Assembly: GCA_965612865.1 (NCBI GenBank)
Contig: CBFDTJ010000017.1
Location: 1 to 23,050 of the forward strand
From: an uncultured bacterium
Lineage (GTDB): Bacteria > Caldisericota > Caldisericia > B22-G15
Reading direction: 5' to 3'
Length of the DNA: 23,050 bases
In this document: positions 8,665 through 17,142 of the stretch, piece by piece
How the letters are laid out: every line of letters begins with the position of its first letter
How positions within the stretch are numbered: position 1 is the stretch's first letter
The notes under the pieces: model-generated
Seen by the model: only the letters and a program-made list of their open reading frames with translations
What the model was told of the DNA's origin: nothing
Database searches by the model: none
Translations under genes and position numbers: made by a program

Positions 8665-9380
8665 GAAAGACTATTCTAGATGTTGAAAATATAAATGTAT
8701 TCTATGAGGATGTTCAAGTTCTGTGGGATCTATCTTTCAGTGTTGGAGAAGGAGAAATAGTTGCCCTCGTGGGTTCAAATGGGGCTGGCAAGACTACCAC
8801 ATTAAAAACAATTTCAGGAATTATGCATCCTAAAAAAGGTAAGATAAAATTTAATGGTGAGGAAATCCAGGATCTCCCACCTCATCTCATAGCAAAGAGA
8901 GGATTGTCATTGGTTCCCGAGGGAAGAGAGCTTTTCTCAGAAATGACTGTATTGGACAATCTCCTTTTAGGCTCTATGTATATTCCTGAAGCGTCTAAAA
9001 AAACCACCGAGTTACTTAGAAAAGTTTTCTCTCTCTTTCCGGTATTGGAAGAAAGAAAAAAACAGATTGCTGGAAATTTAAGCGGAGGGGAACAACAAAT
9101 GTTAGCTATCGCTCGTGGACTAATGTCCGCACCTCGGCTTTTGATGCTTGATGAGCCATCCTTGGGACTCGCTCCCAAACTGGTATCTGAACTATTCAAA
9201 ACAATTATAGATATCAAGGACTCTGGAGTTACAATACTGCTTGTAGAGCAGAATGCTTATAAAAGTCTTGAGATAGCTGATAGAGCATATGTTATAGAAA
9301 CAGGTAAAATTACACTTACCGGAGTAGGTAAAGAATTGCTTAAAAACGATTATGTAAGGAAAGCCTATCTTGGTTTATAA
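8661..9380 (+). CDS. livF: ABC transporter ATP-binding subunit (LivF-like)
   Basis: GSNGAGKTT, VPEGR, LSGGEQQMLAIAR, LDEPSLGLAP, VEQN, VRKAYLG; ATGA overlap with livG. Confidence 0.93.
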   Translation: MRKTILDVENINVFYEDVQVLWDLSFSVGEGEIVALVGSNGAGKTTTLKTISGIMHPKKGKIKFNGEEIQDLPPHLIAKRGLSLVPEGRELFSEMTVLDNLLLGSMYIPEASKKTTELLRKVFSLFPVLEERKKQIAGNLSGGEQQMLAIARGLMSAPRLLMLDEPSLGLAPKLVSELFKTIIDIKDSGVTILLVEQNAYKSLEIADRAYVIETGKITLTGVGKELLKNDYVRKAYLGL

Positions 9381-9435
9381 ATTCTTAAAAATAGATTCTT
9401 TTGTTATTTAAAATATAAAAATAGGGGTAAGGGAT

Positions 9436-9441
9436 TATAAT
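9436..9441 (+). promoter_or_regulatory. -10 box of a probable leaderless polX transcript
   Basis: TATAAT exactly 6 nt before ATG 9448; no SD at normal spacing. Confidence 0.6.
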
Positions 9442-9447
9442 TAAATT

Positions 9448-11169
9448 ATGAGGAATAAAGAGGTTGCAAATAAGTTATACGAACTTGCATCCCTTGCAGA
9501 ACTTGCAGGAGAAAATCCATTTAAAATAAACGCCTACATTGAGGCAGCAAGGAGGATAGAAAACCTTCCAATACCCATAGAGGAACTTGCAAAGGAGGGG
9601 AAACTTACAGAAATAAAGGGTGTTGGATCAGGAATTGCAAAGAAGATAAAACAGTTTCTTGAAACAGGAACCATTGAAAAACTTGAGGAATTTAAAAAGA
9701 AGGTGCCCCCATCACTTCTGGAACTTGAAAAGATTCCTGGAATTGGACCAAAGGCAGCACTCTCTTTATACAAGCATCTTGGAATAAAGACCGTTGAGGA
9801 GCTAAAAGAAGCAGCAGAGAAAGGGAAAATAAGGGATCTTCCCGGCTTTGGACCAAAGAAGGAAGAAAACATCCTTAAAGCCCTTCAGGGTATGAAGAAG
9901 AAAGAGGAAAAGAGAGTATCTATTGGTCTTGCTCTTCCTCTGGCTGAGTTTATAAAAGATGAAATCAAAAGGAAAGCACCTGTGGATAAAATTGAGATCT
10001 GCGGAAGCATAAGGAGAATGAAAGAAACCATAGGTGATATAGACATACTTGTAACAAGCAGAGAGAGTGAGAAAGTCATGGAGGTTTTTTCAAACCTTCC
10101 TGTGGTTAAAGAAGTGCTGGTGAGAGGAGAAACAAAAACCTCAGTGATAACAGAGGAAGACATACAGGTTGATGTTAGGGTAGTGGAACCAGAATTTTTT
10201 GGGGCAGCCATTCAATACTTTACAGGTTCAAAACAGCACAATGTTAAACTACGAGAACTTGCAATAAAGAAGGGACTCAAGATAAATGAGTACGGGATTT
10301 TTAAAGGGGAGAAAAGAATGGGGGGAGAGAAGGAAGAGGATGTTTACTCTCTCCTTGGCCTTCCCTGGATACCCCCTGAAATGAGGGAGGATAGAGGAGA
10401 GATTGAGGAGGCAATAAGGGGGGAATTGCCAAAACTCATTGATTATAAAGACATAAAAGGAGACACCCATGTACACACAGAATACTCAGATGGGGTGGAT
10501 TCCATAGAAAAAATGGCAGAGGAAGCGATAAAGATGGGCTATGAATACATTGTAATCTCAGATCATGCAGAATCTCTTGGTGTGGCATCAGGAATGTCCA
10601 TTGAGAAATTTAAGAAACAGAAGAAGGAGATAGACAAACTGAACGAAAAGTTTGGCGATAAGTTTAGAATCTTCTTCTCTGTAGAATTAAACATTCTATC
10701 AGATGGAAGTGTTGATTTTCCTGAGGAAGAGCTTGACATTTTTGACTTCTGTATAGCAGGAATTCACTCTGGATTTAACCAGAGCATGGAGAAGATAACC
10801 AATAGAATTAAAAGGGCAATGGGAATTAAGAAAGTAAAAATAATTGCACACCCCACCGGGAGGATAATTGGCGAGAGGGGAGAGTATAAAGTGGATATTG
10901 AGGAGATATTTAAAGAAGCAAAGAATACAGGTGTGTTTCTTGAAATAAATGCAACACCATCAAGGCTTGATTTAAGTGATTTGAATGTAATGCATGCAAA
11001 AAGCCTGTACGGTTTGAAGTTTACCATAGGAACAGATGCCCACGCAGCAGTATCTTTAAGAGATATGAGATATGGAATTGGAGTGGCAAGAAGGGGGTGG
11101 CTTACAAAGGAAGACATTATAAATACACTACCTTTGAAAAAATTTGAAAAAATAATGAAGAAGTCGTAG
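9448..11169 (+). CDS. polX: DNA polymerase X / PHP 3'-5' exonuclease fusion
   Basis: HhH motifs (IKGVG, IPGIGPK, LPGFGPK), GSIRR, GDIDIL, VDVR and YFTGSKQHN; PHP motifs DTHVHT, ISDH, AHPTGR and GTDAH. Confidence 0.95.
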   Translation: MRNKEVANKLYELASLAELAGENPFKINAYIEAARRIENLPIPIEELAKEGKLTEIKGVGSGIAKKIKQFLETGTIEKLEEFKKKVPPSLLELEKIPGIGPKAALSLYKHLGIKTVEELKEAAEKGKIRDLPGFGPKKEENILKALQGMKKKEEKRVSIGLALPLAEFIKDEIKRKAPVDKIEICGSIRRMKETIGDIDILVTSRESEKVMEVFSNLPVVKEVLVRGETKTSVITEEDIQVDVRVVEPEFFGAAIQYFTGSKQHNVKLRELAIKKGLKINEYGIFKGEKRMGGEKEEDVYSLLGLPWIPPEMREDRGEIEEAIRGELPKLIDYKDIKGDTHVHTEYSDGVDSIEKMAEEAIKMGYEYIVISDHAESLGVASGMSIEKFKKQKKEIDKLNEKFGDKFRIFFSVELNILSDGSVDFPEEELDIFDFCIAGIHSGFNQSMEKITNRIKRAMGIKKVKIIAHPTGRIIGERGEYKVDIEEIFKEAKNTGVFLEINATPSRLDLSDLNVMHAKSLYGLKFTIGTDAHAAVSLRDMRYGIGVARRGWLTKEDIINTLPLKKFEKIMKKS

Positions 11170-11175
11170 TATAAT
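11170..11175 (+). promoter_or_regulatory. -10 box of a probable leaderless EamA transcript
   Basis: TATAAT exactly 6 nt before ATG 11182, immediately after the polX stop; no SD. Confidence 0.55.
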
Positions 11176-11181
11176 TTCTTC

Positions 11182-12096
11182 ATGGTTTATTTAATTCTTG
11201 CCTCTTTTTTTAGTGCCTCTGTTGCCCTTTTGTTTAAATATAGTGAGTCAAAGGGGCTTAATCGTTTTGTTGTGGCAACAATTAATTACATTGCGGGATT
11301 CTTTATAAGTTTAATAATCGTCATATCGAAAGGAATTTTTCCGACAAAAGAAATAAATCCCGGAATTTTTCTAAAGGAGTTTAGTAACGCATTAAAAACT
11401 GGTAAAGTTCTCTCTCCCGGGTCCAGCATCATCTGGGCTATAGTTGTTGGAGTCGTTGCAGGAATATTTTTCTTCGTAGCTTTTATATTCTACCAGAAAA
11501 GTGTTAAGGAAAACGGGGTTGCCACCACAGGGACTGTAAGATCTTTGAATGTACTTATCCCTATGACTCTTTCCATGGTCTTGTGGCTCGAGATTCCAAA
11601 CATGTGGCAATGGTTTGGCATAGGCATTGCAGTATTCTCCATAGCACTCTTCTCCCTATCCTCTATAAAGGAACTCAAGAGGAAACTCCATTCCTCCCTC
11701 TACCTTTTCTACATAACAGGTGGAACCTCGCAGTTTCTGAATAAACTCTATCAAAAATATGGAATTGTGGAGTACAGGAGCATATTCCTTCTTGTGGTAT
11801 TCTTCGTGGCTTCTCTAATTGGCATATCCATCCTTATCAAAAATAGAGTTAAAGTAAGGAAGCCAGAGATAGTGGTAGGCTTCTTTGTTGGTCTTTCAAA
11901 TCTCTTTCAAAACTCCCTCATGATTCTCTCGTTCTCAATAATAAAATCCTCTGTGGCTTTTCCCATATTCAGTGCTATGAGTATTTTCATCTTGAATGTT
12001 GGAGGATGGCTGATATTTAAGGAGTATCTCTCTAAGATTAAGATATTTGCAATTATACTTGCAACTCTCTCAATATTCCTTATAAGCCTAAGATGA
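11182..12096 (+). CDS. EamA/DMT-family membrane transporter
   Basis: About 10 hydrophobic segments in two repeats; FKYSE..LNRFVVATINY; C-terminal WLIFKEYLSKIKIFAIILA matches the typical DMT 'FKE.L' ending. Confidence 0.75.
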   Translation: MVYLILASFFSASVALLFKYSESKGLNRFVVATINYIAGFFISLIIVISKGIFPTKEINPGIFLKEFSNALKTGKVLSPGSSIIWAIVVGVVAGIFFFVAFIFYQKSVKENGVATTGTVRSLNVLIPMTLSMVLWLEIPNMWQWFGIGIAVFSIALFSLSSIKELKRKLHSSLYLFYITGGTSQFLNKLYQKYGIVEYRSIFLLVVFFVASLIGISILIKNRVKVRKPEIVVGFFVGLSNLFQNSLMILSFSIIKSSVAFPIFSAMSIFILNVGGWLIFKEYLSKIKIFAIILATLSIFLISLR

Positions 12097-12909
12097 AAAG
12101 TAGGGATTTAGAATTGAGTTTACAAATTCAACTGGGTCAAAGGGAGAAAAGTCATTAATATCCTCCCCTGTAAATAGATATGTTATTGGAATTTTGTACT
12201 TTACATATATTGGAATGATTACACCGGGTTTGATTGTTGAATCAAGCTTTGTGATAAAGAGGGATGATACCTTTGAAACTTCTTTAAAATTTTCCACCTG
12301 AGAGTACAGATTCTCTCCATCTGTGGAATCAAGAACAAGTATTGATTCTGTAACTTTAGCAAGCTTCTCAATAACACGCCTTATTTTTTCAAGCTCTTTC
12401 ATAAGGTTTTTCTTTACCTGAAGCCTCCCTGCTGTATCCACAAGTATTTTTGTGAAGTTTCTATTTCTTCCATAAATAATACCATCATAAACCACACTTG
12501 CAGGATCTGCTCCCTTTTTTCCAGAAAAAACATCTATGTTTAGTTTCTCTCCCCAGATAGTGAGCTGTTCTGTGGCTCCTGCCCTGAAGGTATCACCTGA
12601 GATAAAAAGAACCTTCTCTCCCTCCCTCTTAAGCATATTTCCAATTTTAGCTATGCATGTGGTCTTACCACTTCCATTTACTCCAGAGAATAGATAAACT
12701 GAAAAGTCATTTCTTGAAAGTTCTTTCCCCGCATCTTTTATAGAGTTTATAAGAAACTCCCTTACACCCTTCTCTCCCTTCTTCTTAAAGACCTTGATAA
12801 TCTCCTCTGAAAAGGAGATACCAAAACCTGAAAGGATGAGATACTCCTCCAGGTCAGCTATCAGTTCCTTTTTCTCTTTTATAAAGGAGAGAAATTTAAA
12901 TAGTTTCAT
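12088..12909 (-). CDS. ftsY: Signal recognition particle receptor GTPase FtsY (short, divergent, no acidic A domain)
   Basis: Start placed at ATG 12909 (MKLFKFLSF...), giving 273 aa. GVNGSGKTT, DTFRAGA, DPASV, DTAGR, NLMKEL, TKLD and TGED motifs. The upstream extension in the ORF track overlaps the divergent aminotransferase gene. Confidence 0.85.
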   Translation of the reverse strand: MKLFKFLSFIKEKKELIADLEEYLILSGFGISFSEEIIKVFKKKGEKGVREFLINSIKDAGKELSRNDFSVYLFSGVNGSGKTTCIAKIGNMLKREGEKVLFISGDTFRAGATEQLTIWGEKLNIDVFSGKKGADPASVVYDGIIYGRNRNFTKILVDTAGRLQVKKNLMKELEKIRRVIEKLAKVTESILVLDSTDGENLYSQVENFKEVSKVSSLFITKLDSTIKPGVIIPIYVKYKIPITYLFTGEDINDFSPFDPVEFVNSILNPYFSS

Positions 12910-12971
12910 ACAAGAAAATCTTATCATAAAAACTTTTTTGTTGTATAATTCCCTTGAGACAATACTCAAGG
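12910..12971. promoter_or_regulatory. Bidirectional promoter between ftsY and the aminotransferase operon, plus an inverted repeat
   Basis: Plus strand: TTATCA (12921-12926), 17 nt, TATAAT (12944-12949). Minus strand: TGATAAGAT, 8 nt before the ftsY ATG. CCTTGAG-N6-CTCAAGG (12952-12971) overlaps SD AAGGAGG. Confidence 0.55.
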
Positions 12972-12979
12972 AGGTAAAA

Positions 12980-14152
12980 ATGGAGGTCAAATTTGCTGAA
13001 AGAACCAAAACAATGGGAACAGAAGGTGCCTTTGAGGTCCTTGCGAAAGCTAAGAAACTCGAGGCAGAGGGGAGGGAGATTCTCCATTTTGAGATAGGAG
13101 AACCCGACTTTGATACACCAACGAACATAAAGGATGCAGCCATTGATGCACTTAAAAATGGCTATACACACTACACCCCCTCATCGGGACTTATGGATAT
13201 AAGAAAAGCTGTGGCGGATTACATATCAAAGACAAGGGGTTTTGATGTAAAACCCGAACAGGTAATAGTGACTGTTGGTGCAAAACCAGCCATAACATTT
13301 TCAATTCTATCCCTCGTCAACCCTGGTGAAGAGGTAATTTATCCTGATCCAGGCTATCCAATCTATAATGCTGCAACCCTTCTTGCTGAAGGTAAACCAG
13401 TTCCTCTTCCACTTCTTGAGGAGAAGGATTTTAGATTTTCCCTTGATGATCTCGAGAAAAGAATCACAGATAAGACAAAGATAATAGTTGTCAATTCTCC
13501 TCAGAATCCAACAGGGGGAGTTCTTACAAAGGAGGACTTTGAAGGTATTGCTGAAATAATTGGTGATAGGGAGATATACATACTCTCAGATGAAATATAC
13601 TCAAGAATTCTTTATGAAGGAGAGTTTGTATCCATAACAAGTGTAGAAAAGATAAGAGACAGGGTGATTCTTATAGATGGGTTTTCCAAGACCTACGCCA
13701 TGACAGGATGGAGACTTGGATATGCCGTGGCAAAGCCAGAAATTATAAATATGTTAGCCAAGTACGCAATAAATGTTTACTCATGCCCAACCTCCTTTGT
13801 TCAAATGGCAGGTGTTGAGGCATTAACAGGACCACAGGATGAGGTTTCAGTTATGGTAAAGGAATTCAAGGAGAGAAGAGATATATTTGTTAACGGCCTG
13901 AACGAGATACCTGGTGTTTCATGCAAACTTCCCAAAGGAGCTTTCTATGTCTTTCCAAACATAAAGAGTTTTGGAAAAACATCCAAAGAGGTGGCAGATT
14001 TCCTCTTAAATGAGGCAGGAGTAGCTGCACTTCCAGGTACAGCTTTTGGTGAGTATGGAGAAGGTTATCTTAGATTTTCATACGCAACAAGCAAAGACAA
14101 TATAAGAAAAGGGCTTGAAAAGATGAAGGAGGCTCTCAGGAGACTAAAATGA
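12980..14152 (+). CDS. PLP-dependent class I/II aminotransferase (aspartate aminotransferase-like)
   Basis: Start at ATG 12980 after SD AAGGAGG, 390 aa. IGEPDFDTP, THYT, NSPQNPTG, LSDEIY, GFSKTYAMTGWRLGY (PLP lysine), GAFY and LRFSYA motifs. Confidence 0.93.
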   Translation: MEVKFAERTKTMGTEGAFEVLAKAKKLEAEGREILHFEIGEPDFDTPTNIKDAAIDALKNGYTHYTPSSGLMDIRKAVADYISKTRGFDVKPEQVIVTVGAKPAITFSILSLVNPGEEVIYPDPGYPIYNAATLLAEGKPVPLPLLEEKDFRFSLDDLEKRITDKTKIIVVNSPQNPTGGVLTKEDFEGIAEIIGDREIYILSDEIYSRILYEGEFVSITSVEKIRDRVILIDGFSKTYAMTGWRLGYAVAKPEIINMLAKYAINVYSCPTSFVQMAGVEALTGPQDEVSVMVKEFKERRDIFVNGLNEIPGVSCKLPKGAFYVFPNIKSFGKTSKEVADFLLNEAGVAALPGTAFGEYGEGYLRFSYATSKDNIRKGLEKMKEALRRLK

Positions 14153-15003
14153 CAATGGATTACTTTTCACTTATATTCTGGATAATAATTCTTCTATCCA
14201 TTTTTTACCCTGCACTTCACAAGAGAGAAGTTGAGCTTCAAAGAATAAAACTTATTGCAAGGTTTCAGAATAAGAGAAAATCAAGGGTTATAACTTTAAT
14301 TCACAGACAGGAATCTCTCTCATTCTTTGGAATTCCTTTTAGAAAAATGATAGACATTGAGGATTCAGAGGAAATTTTAAGAGCCATAAGAATAACTCCT
14401 GACGATGTTCCCATTGATTTGATTCTTCACACCCCTGGAGGACTGGTTCTTGCAGCAGAGCAAATTGCAAGATCCCTTGCAAAAAGAAAAGGTAAAGTCA
14501 CAGTGTTTATCCCTCACTATGCAATGAGCGGTGGAACACTCATTGCACTTGCTGCTGATGAAATTGTGATGGATAAAAATGCAGTACTTGGACCCATTGA
14601 TCCACAGATTGGAACATATCCTGCCGTTTCAATATTAAATGTGGTGAAGAAGAAGGATATAAACAAGGTTGACGATGAAACCTTAATCCTTGCTGATGTA
14701 TCAGAGAAGGCAATAAGACAGGTAAAGGAATTTGCCATTGAGCTCCTCTCTGACAAAGTTGAAGAGGGAGTGCTTAGTAAAGAAAAAGTAGAGGAGATAG
14801 CAGAGGAGCTTTCAAGTGGAAAGTGGACACACGATTATCCTTTAACCTACGAAAGGATTAAGGAACTGGGGCTTAAGGTGAGTACAGAGATGCCACAGGA
14901 AGTTTATGCCTTAATGAGCCTTTATCCACAATCTGGTATAGGAAGACCATCAGTTCAATACATACCACTTCCAATATCTCCAAAACAGAAGGAGAACAAG
15001 TGA
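14149..15003 (+). CDS. SDH-family (DUF114) Clp-fold serine protease with N-terminal membrane anchor
   Basis: N-terminal TM; VITLIHRQE, IDIEDSE, LILHTPGG, AMSGGTLIALA (nucleophile Ser), LGPIDPQ and WTHDYP. Confidence 0.85.
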   Translation: MTMDYFSLIFWIIILLSIFYPALHKREVELQRIKLIARFQNKRKSRVITLIHRQESLSFFGIPFRKMIDIEDSEEILRAIRITPDDVPIDLILHTPGGLVLAAEQIARSLAKRKGKVTVFIPHYAMSGGTLIALAADEIVMDKNAVLGPIDPQIGTYPAVSILNVVKKKDINKVDDETLILADVSEKAIRQVKEFAIELLSDKVEEGVLSKEKVEEIAEELSSGKWTHDYPLTYERIKELGLKVSTEMPQEVYALMSLYPQSGIGRPSVQYIPLPISPKQKENK

Positions 15004-15935
15004 AGAAAACAGAAACTTTAATTGAAAACATTGAAAGGGTAATTGTTGGAAAAAGAAAAGTAGTGGAGAGAGTTGTTCTTGCACTTCTTGCAGATGGCCA
15101 CATCCTCATTGAGGATGTACCTGGAGTTGGTAAAACCATGCTTGCAAGAGCACTTTCTAAAAGTATAAATCTTAAATTCAAGAGAATCCAGTTTACACCA
15201 GACTTACTGCCATCTGATATAATCGGTGTGTCTGTCTGGGATGAAAGAGAAAAGGTTTTTAAATTCAGGGAGGGTCCAATTTTTACAAACATTCTTCTTG
15301 CCGATGAAATAAATAGAGGAACGCCAAAGACCCAATCTGCTCTCCTCGAAGCCATGGAGGAGAGACAGGTAACAGTTGATGGAATAACTCACACTCTACC
15401 AGAACCATTTTTTGTAATAGGAACTGAGAACCCCATTGAGTACGAAGGGACCTTCCCCCTTCCTGAAGCTCAACTGGACAGGTTTCTTATGAGAATAAGA
15501 ATAGGATACCCTGAACCCCTTATGGAAAAGGAGATGCTTGACAGACTTGAGAAGGAACACCCTATTAATACAATCGGCGAGGTTCTTGAACCAGAGGATA
15601 TACTATCCTTAAAAAGGGAAGTCATTAATATTTTCGTTGATGATGGAATCAAAAACTACATTGTTGAACTGGGGAACGAGATAAGGAAGGATGAGAATGT
15701 CTACCTTGGTCCGTCTCCAAGGAGTTTACTCTTCCTCATGAGAGTTTCCCAGGCTAAAGCACTTCTTTCCTCAAGGGACTTTGTCATACCTGATGATGTA
15801 AAGGACCTTATAACCCCAGTATTTAACCACAGGGTAATCCTCAAGCCTGAAGCAAAGCTTAAAGGTATAACGGAAGAAAAAGTCATTGAGGAAGCTTTAC
15901 TAAGGGTGAAAGTTCCCATTGATGAGAAGATGTAG
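15000..15935 (+). CDS. moxR: MoxR-family AAA+ ATPase
   Basis: GHILIEDVPGVGKT, RIQFTPDLLPSD, LADEINR, QSALLEAMEE, FPLPEAQLDRF and PDDVK; GTGA overlap with the upstream gene. Confidence 0.95.
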   Translation: MKKTETLIENIERVIVGKRKVVERVVLALLADGHILIEDVPGVGKTMLARALSKSINLKFKRIQFTPDLLPSDIIGVSVWDEREKVFKFREGPIFTNILLADEINRGTPKTQSALLEAMEERQVTVDGITHTLPEPFFVIGTENPIEYEGTFPLPEAQLDRFLMRIRIGYPEPLMEKEMLDRLEKEHPINTIGEVLEPEDILSLKREVINIFVDDGIKNYIVELGNEIRKDENVYLGPSPRSLLFLMRVSQAKALLSSRDFVIPDDVKDLITPVFNHRVILKPEAKLKGITEEKVIEEALLRVKVPIDEKM

Positions 15936-17142
15936 AAAAGAAATACTACTAATTCTTCTACTCATTCTCTCTATCTTTATAAAATCACACTTTTTATTCT
16001 CTGTGAGTTTATTCTTTATAGCATACATAGTGTTTCTAAAAATTCTCCTTAGAAGAGGTCTTGAAAATGTAGGAGTAAAGATGAGGATAAGCTCGTCCAA
16101 TGTGATTGAGGGGAGTAAAATTAGATTGAATTTCCAGGTTCAAACCTTCTCATTTCTTCCTGTGGTTGAAATCCTGCCTCAAACTCCAGTATTTTTTATA
16201 TCAAAAGGGGAAAGAAACCTAACTTTCTCGCCTATTTTCAATAAAGAGGATGAATTTGAAGTTGAGCTTGTTGCCAAGAGAAGGGGGAAATACATGCTTG
16301 GCAGGGTAAAGATAAGGACATACGATCCTCTCGGGCTTGTAAGAGAGGAAAGGCTGATTGGAGAGGAAAAGGAAGTTTATGTATTTCCAAGAATTATAAA
16401 AATTTCAAGACCAAGAATTCCCATTAAAGAACCATCCTTTGGAATCAGGGTAAAAGAGAAGATATTTGAAGATTACACATCCCTTGTGGGGGTTAGAGAG
16501 TATACGGGGAATGAGGATTTAAAAAAAATTCACTGGAAGATTTCTGCCCACACTGGAAAACTCATGGTGAAGGAATTTCCACCAACTGCCATAACAACAG
16601 TCACTGTGCTTATAGAACCCTTTGCCACAAGGGATAGGAGGAACGAAGAGATATTCTTAAATCACATATCCACAATAACGGCATCTCTTTTTAACTACTT
16701 TGAGTTTGTAAAGTTTAGATATGGACTCTGGATTATTGGAAAAGAAAGAATTCCTGAAGCAAGCGGGAAGGAACATCTTATAAGGTTATTGAGGGAAATA
16801 TCTTCCTTTGAGGATATAAAAGACATAAAATTCACAGAGTTTCTTAGAAAAAATTGGTCCACACTAAGAAAGTTGAAAAACATAATACTAATAAAAAAAA
16901 CAATGGATACCCATGACCTCCTCGATTTAATGAAGAGGAAGAATCCATCCACTTTCGTTTCCATACTTCTTATCCCTGACTTTGGTTTTCTATTCCCGTG
17001 GGAGAAACCCCATCCATACCAGCCAAGGGAAACCCCGGAAATTGACAGAATAAGAAGGATAAAGGAAAATATTAAAAGAGAAAGAATAAACATAATGATA
17101 ATCAGAGGAAATGATTCCATTGAAAGATTCACTTATATCTAA
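15922..17142 (+). CDS. DUF58-domain protein (MoxR partner) with N-terminal TM segments
   Basis: RRGKY, DPLGL, VYVFP and GVREY..NEDLKKIHWKISAHTGKLMVKEF; overlaps the moxR stop. Start could be TTG 15919 or ATG 15922. Confidence 0.85.
   Translation: MRRCRKEILLILLLILSIFIKSHFLFSVSLFFIAYIVFLKILLRRGLENVGVKMRISSSNVIEGSKIRLNFQVQTFSFLPVVEILPQTPVFFISKGERNLTFSPIFNKEDEFEVELVAKRRGKYMLGRVKIRTYDPLGLVREERLIGEEKEVYVFPRIIKISRPRIPIKEPSFGIRVKEKIFEDYTSLVGVREYTGNEDLKKIHWKISAHTGKLMVKEFPPTAITTVTVLIEPFATRDRRNEEIFLNHISTITASLFNYFEFVKFRYGLWIIGKERIPEASGKEHLIRLLREISSFEDIKDIKFTEFLRKNWSTLRKLKNIILIKKTMDTHDLLDLMKRKNPSTFVSILLIPDFGFLFPWEKPHPYQPRETPEIDRIRRIKENIKRERINIMIIRGNDSIERFTYI

Noticed and set aside
12794..13143. Long head-to-head overlap of the ftsY and aminotransferase ORFs as drawn in the track
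   Set aside because: An artefact of choosing the most upstream start; motif boundaries and the SD place the starts at 12909 (minus) and 12980 (plus), with a 70-nt spacer.
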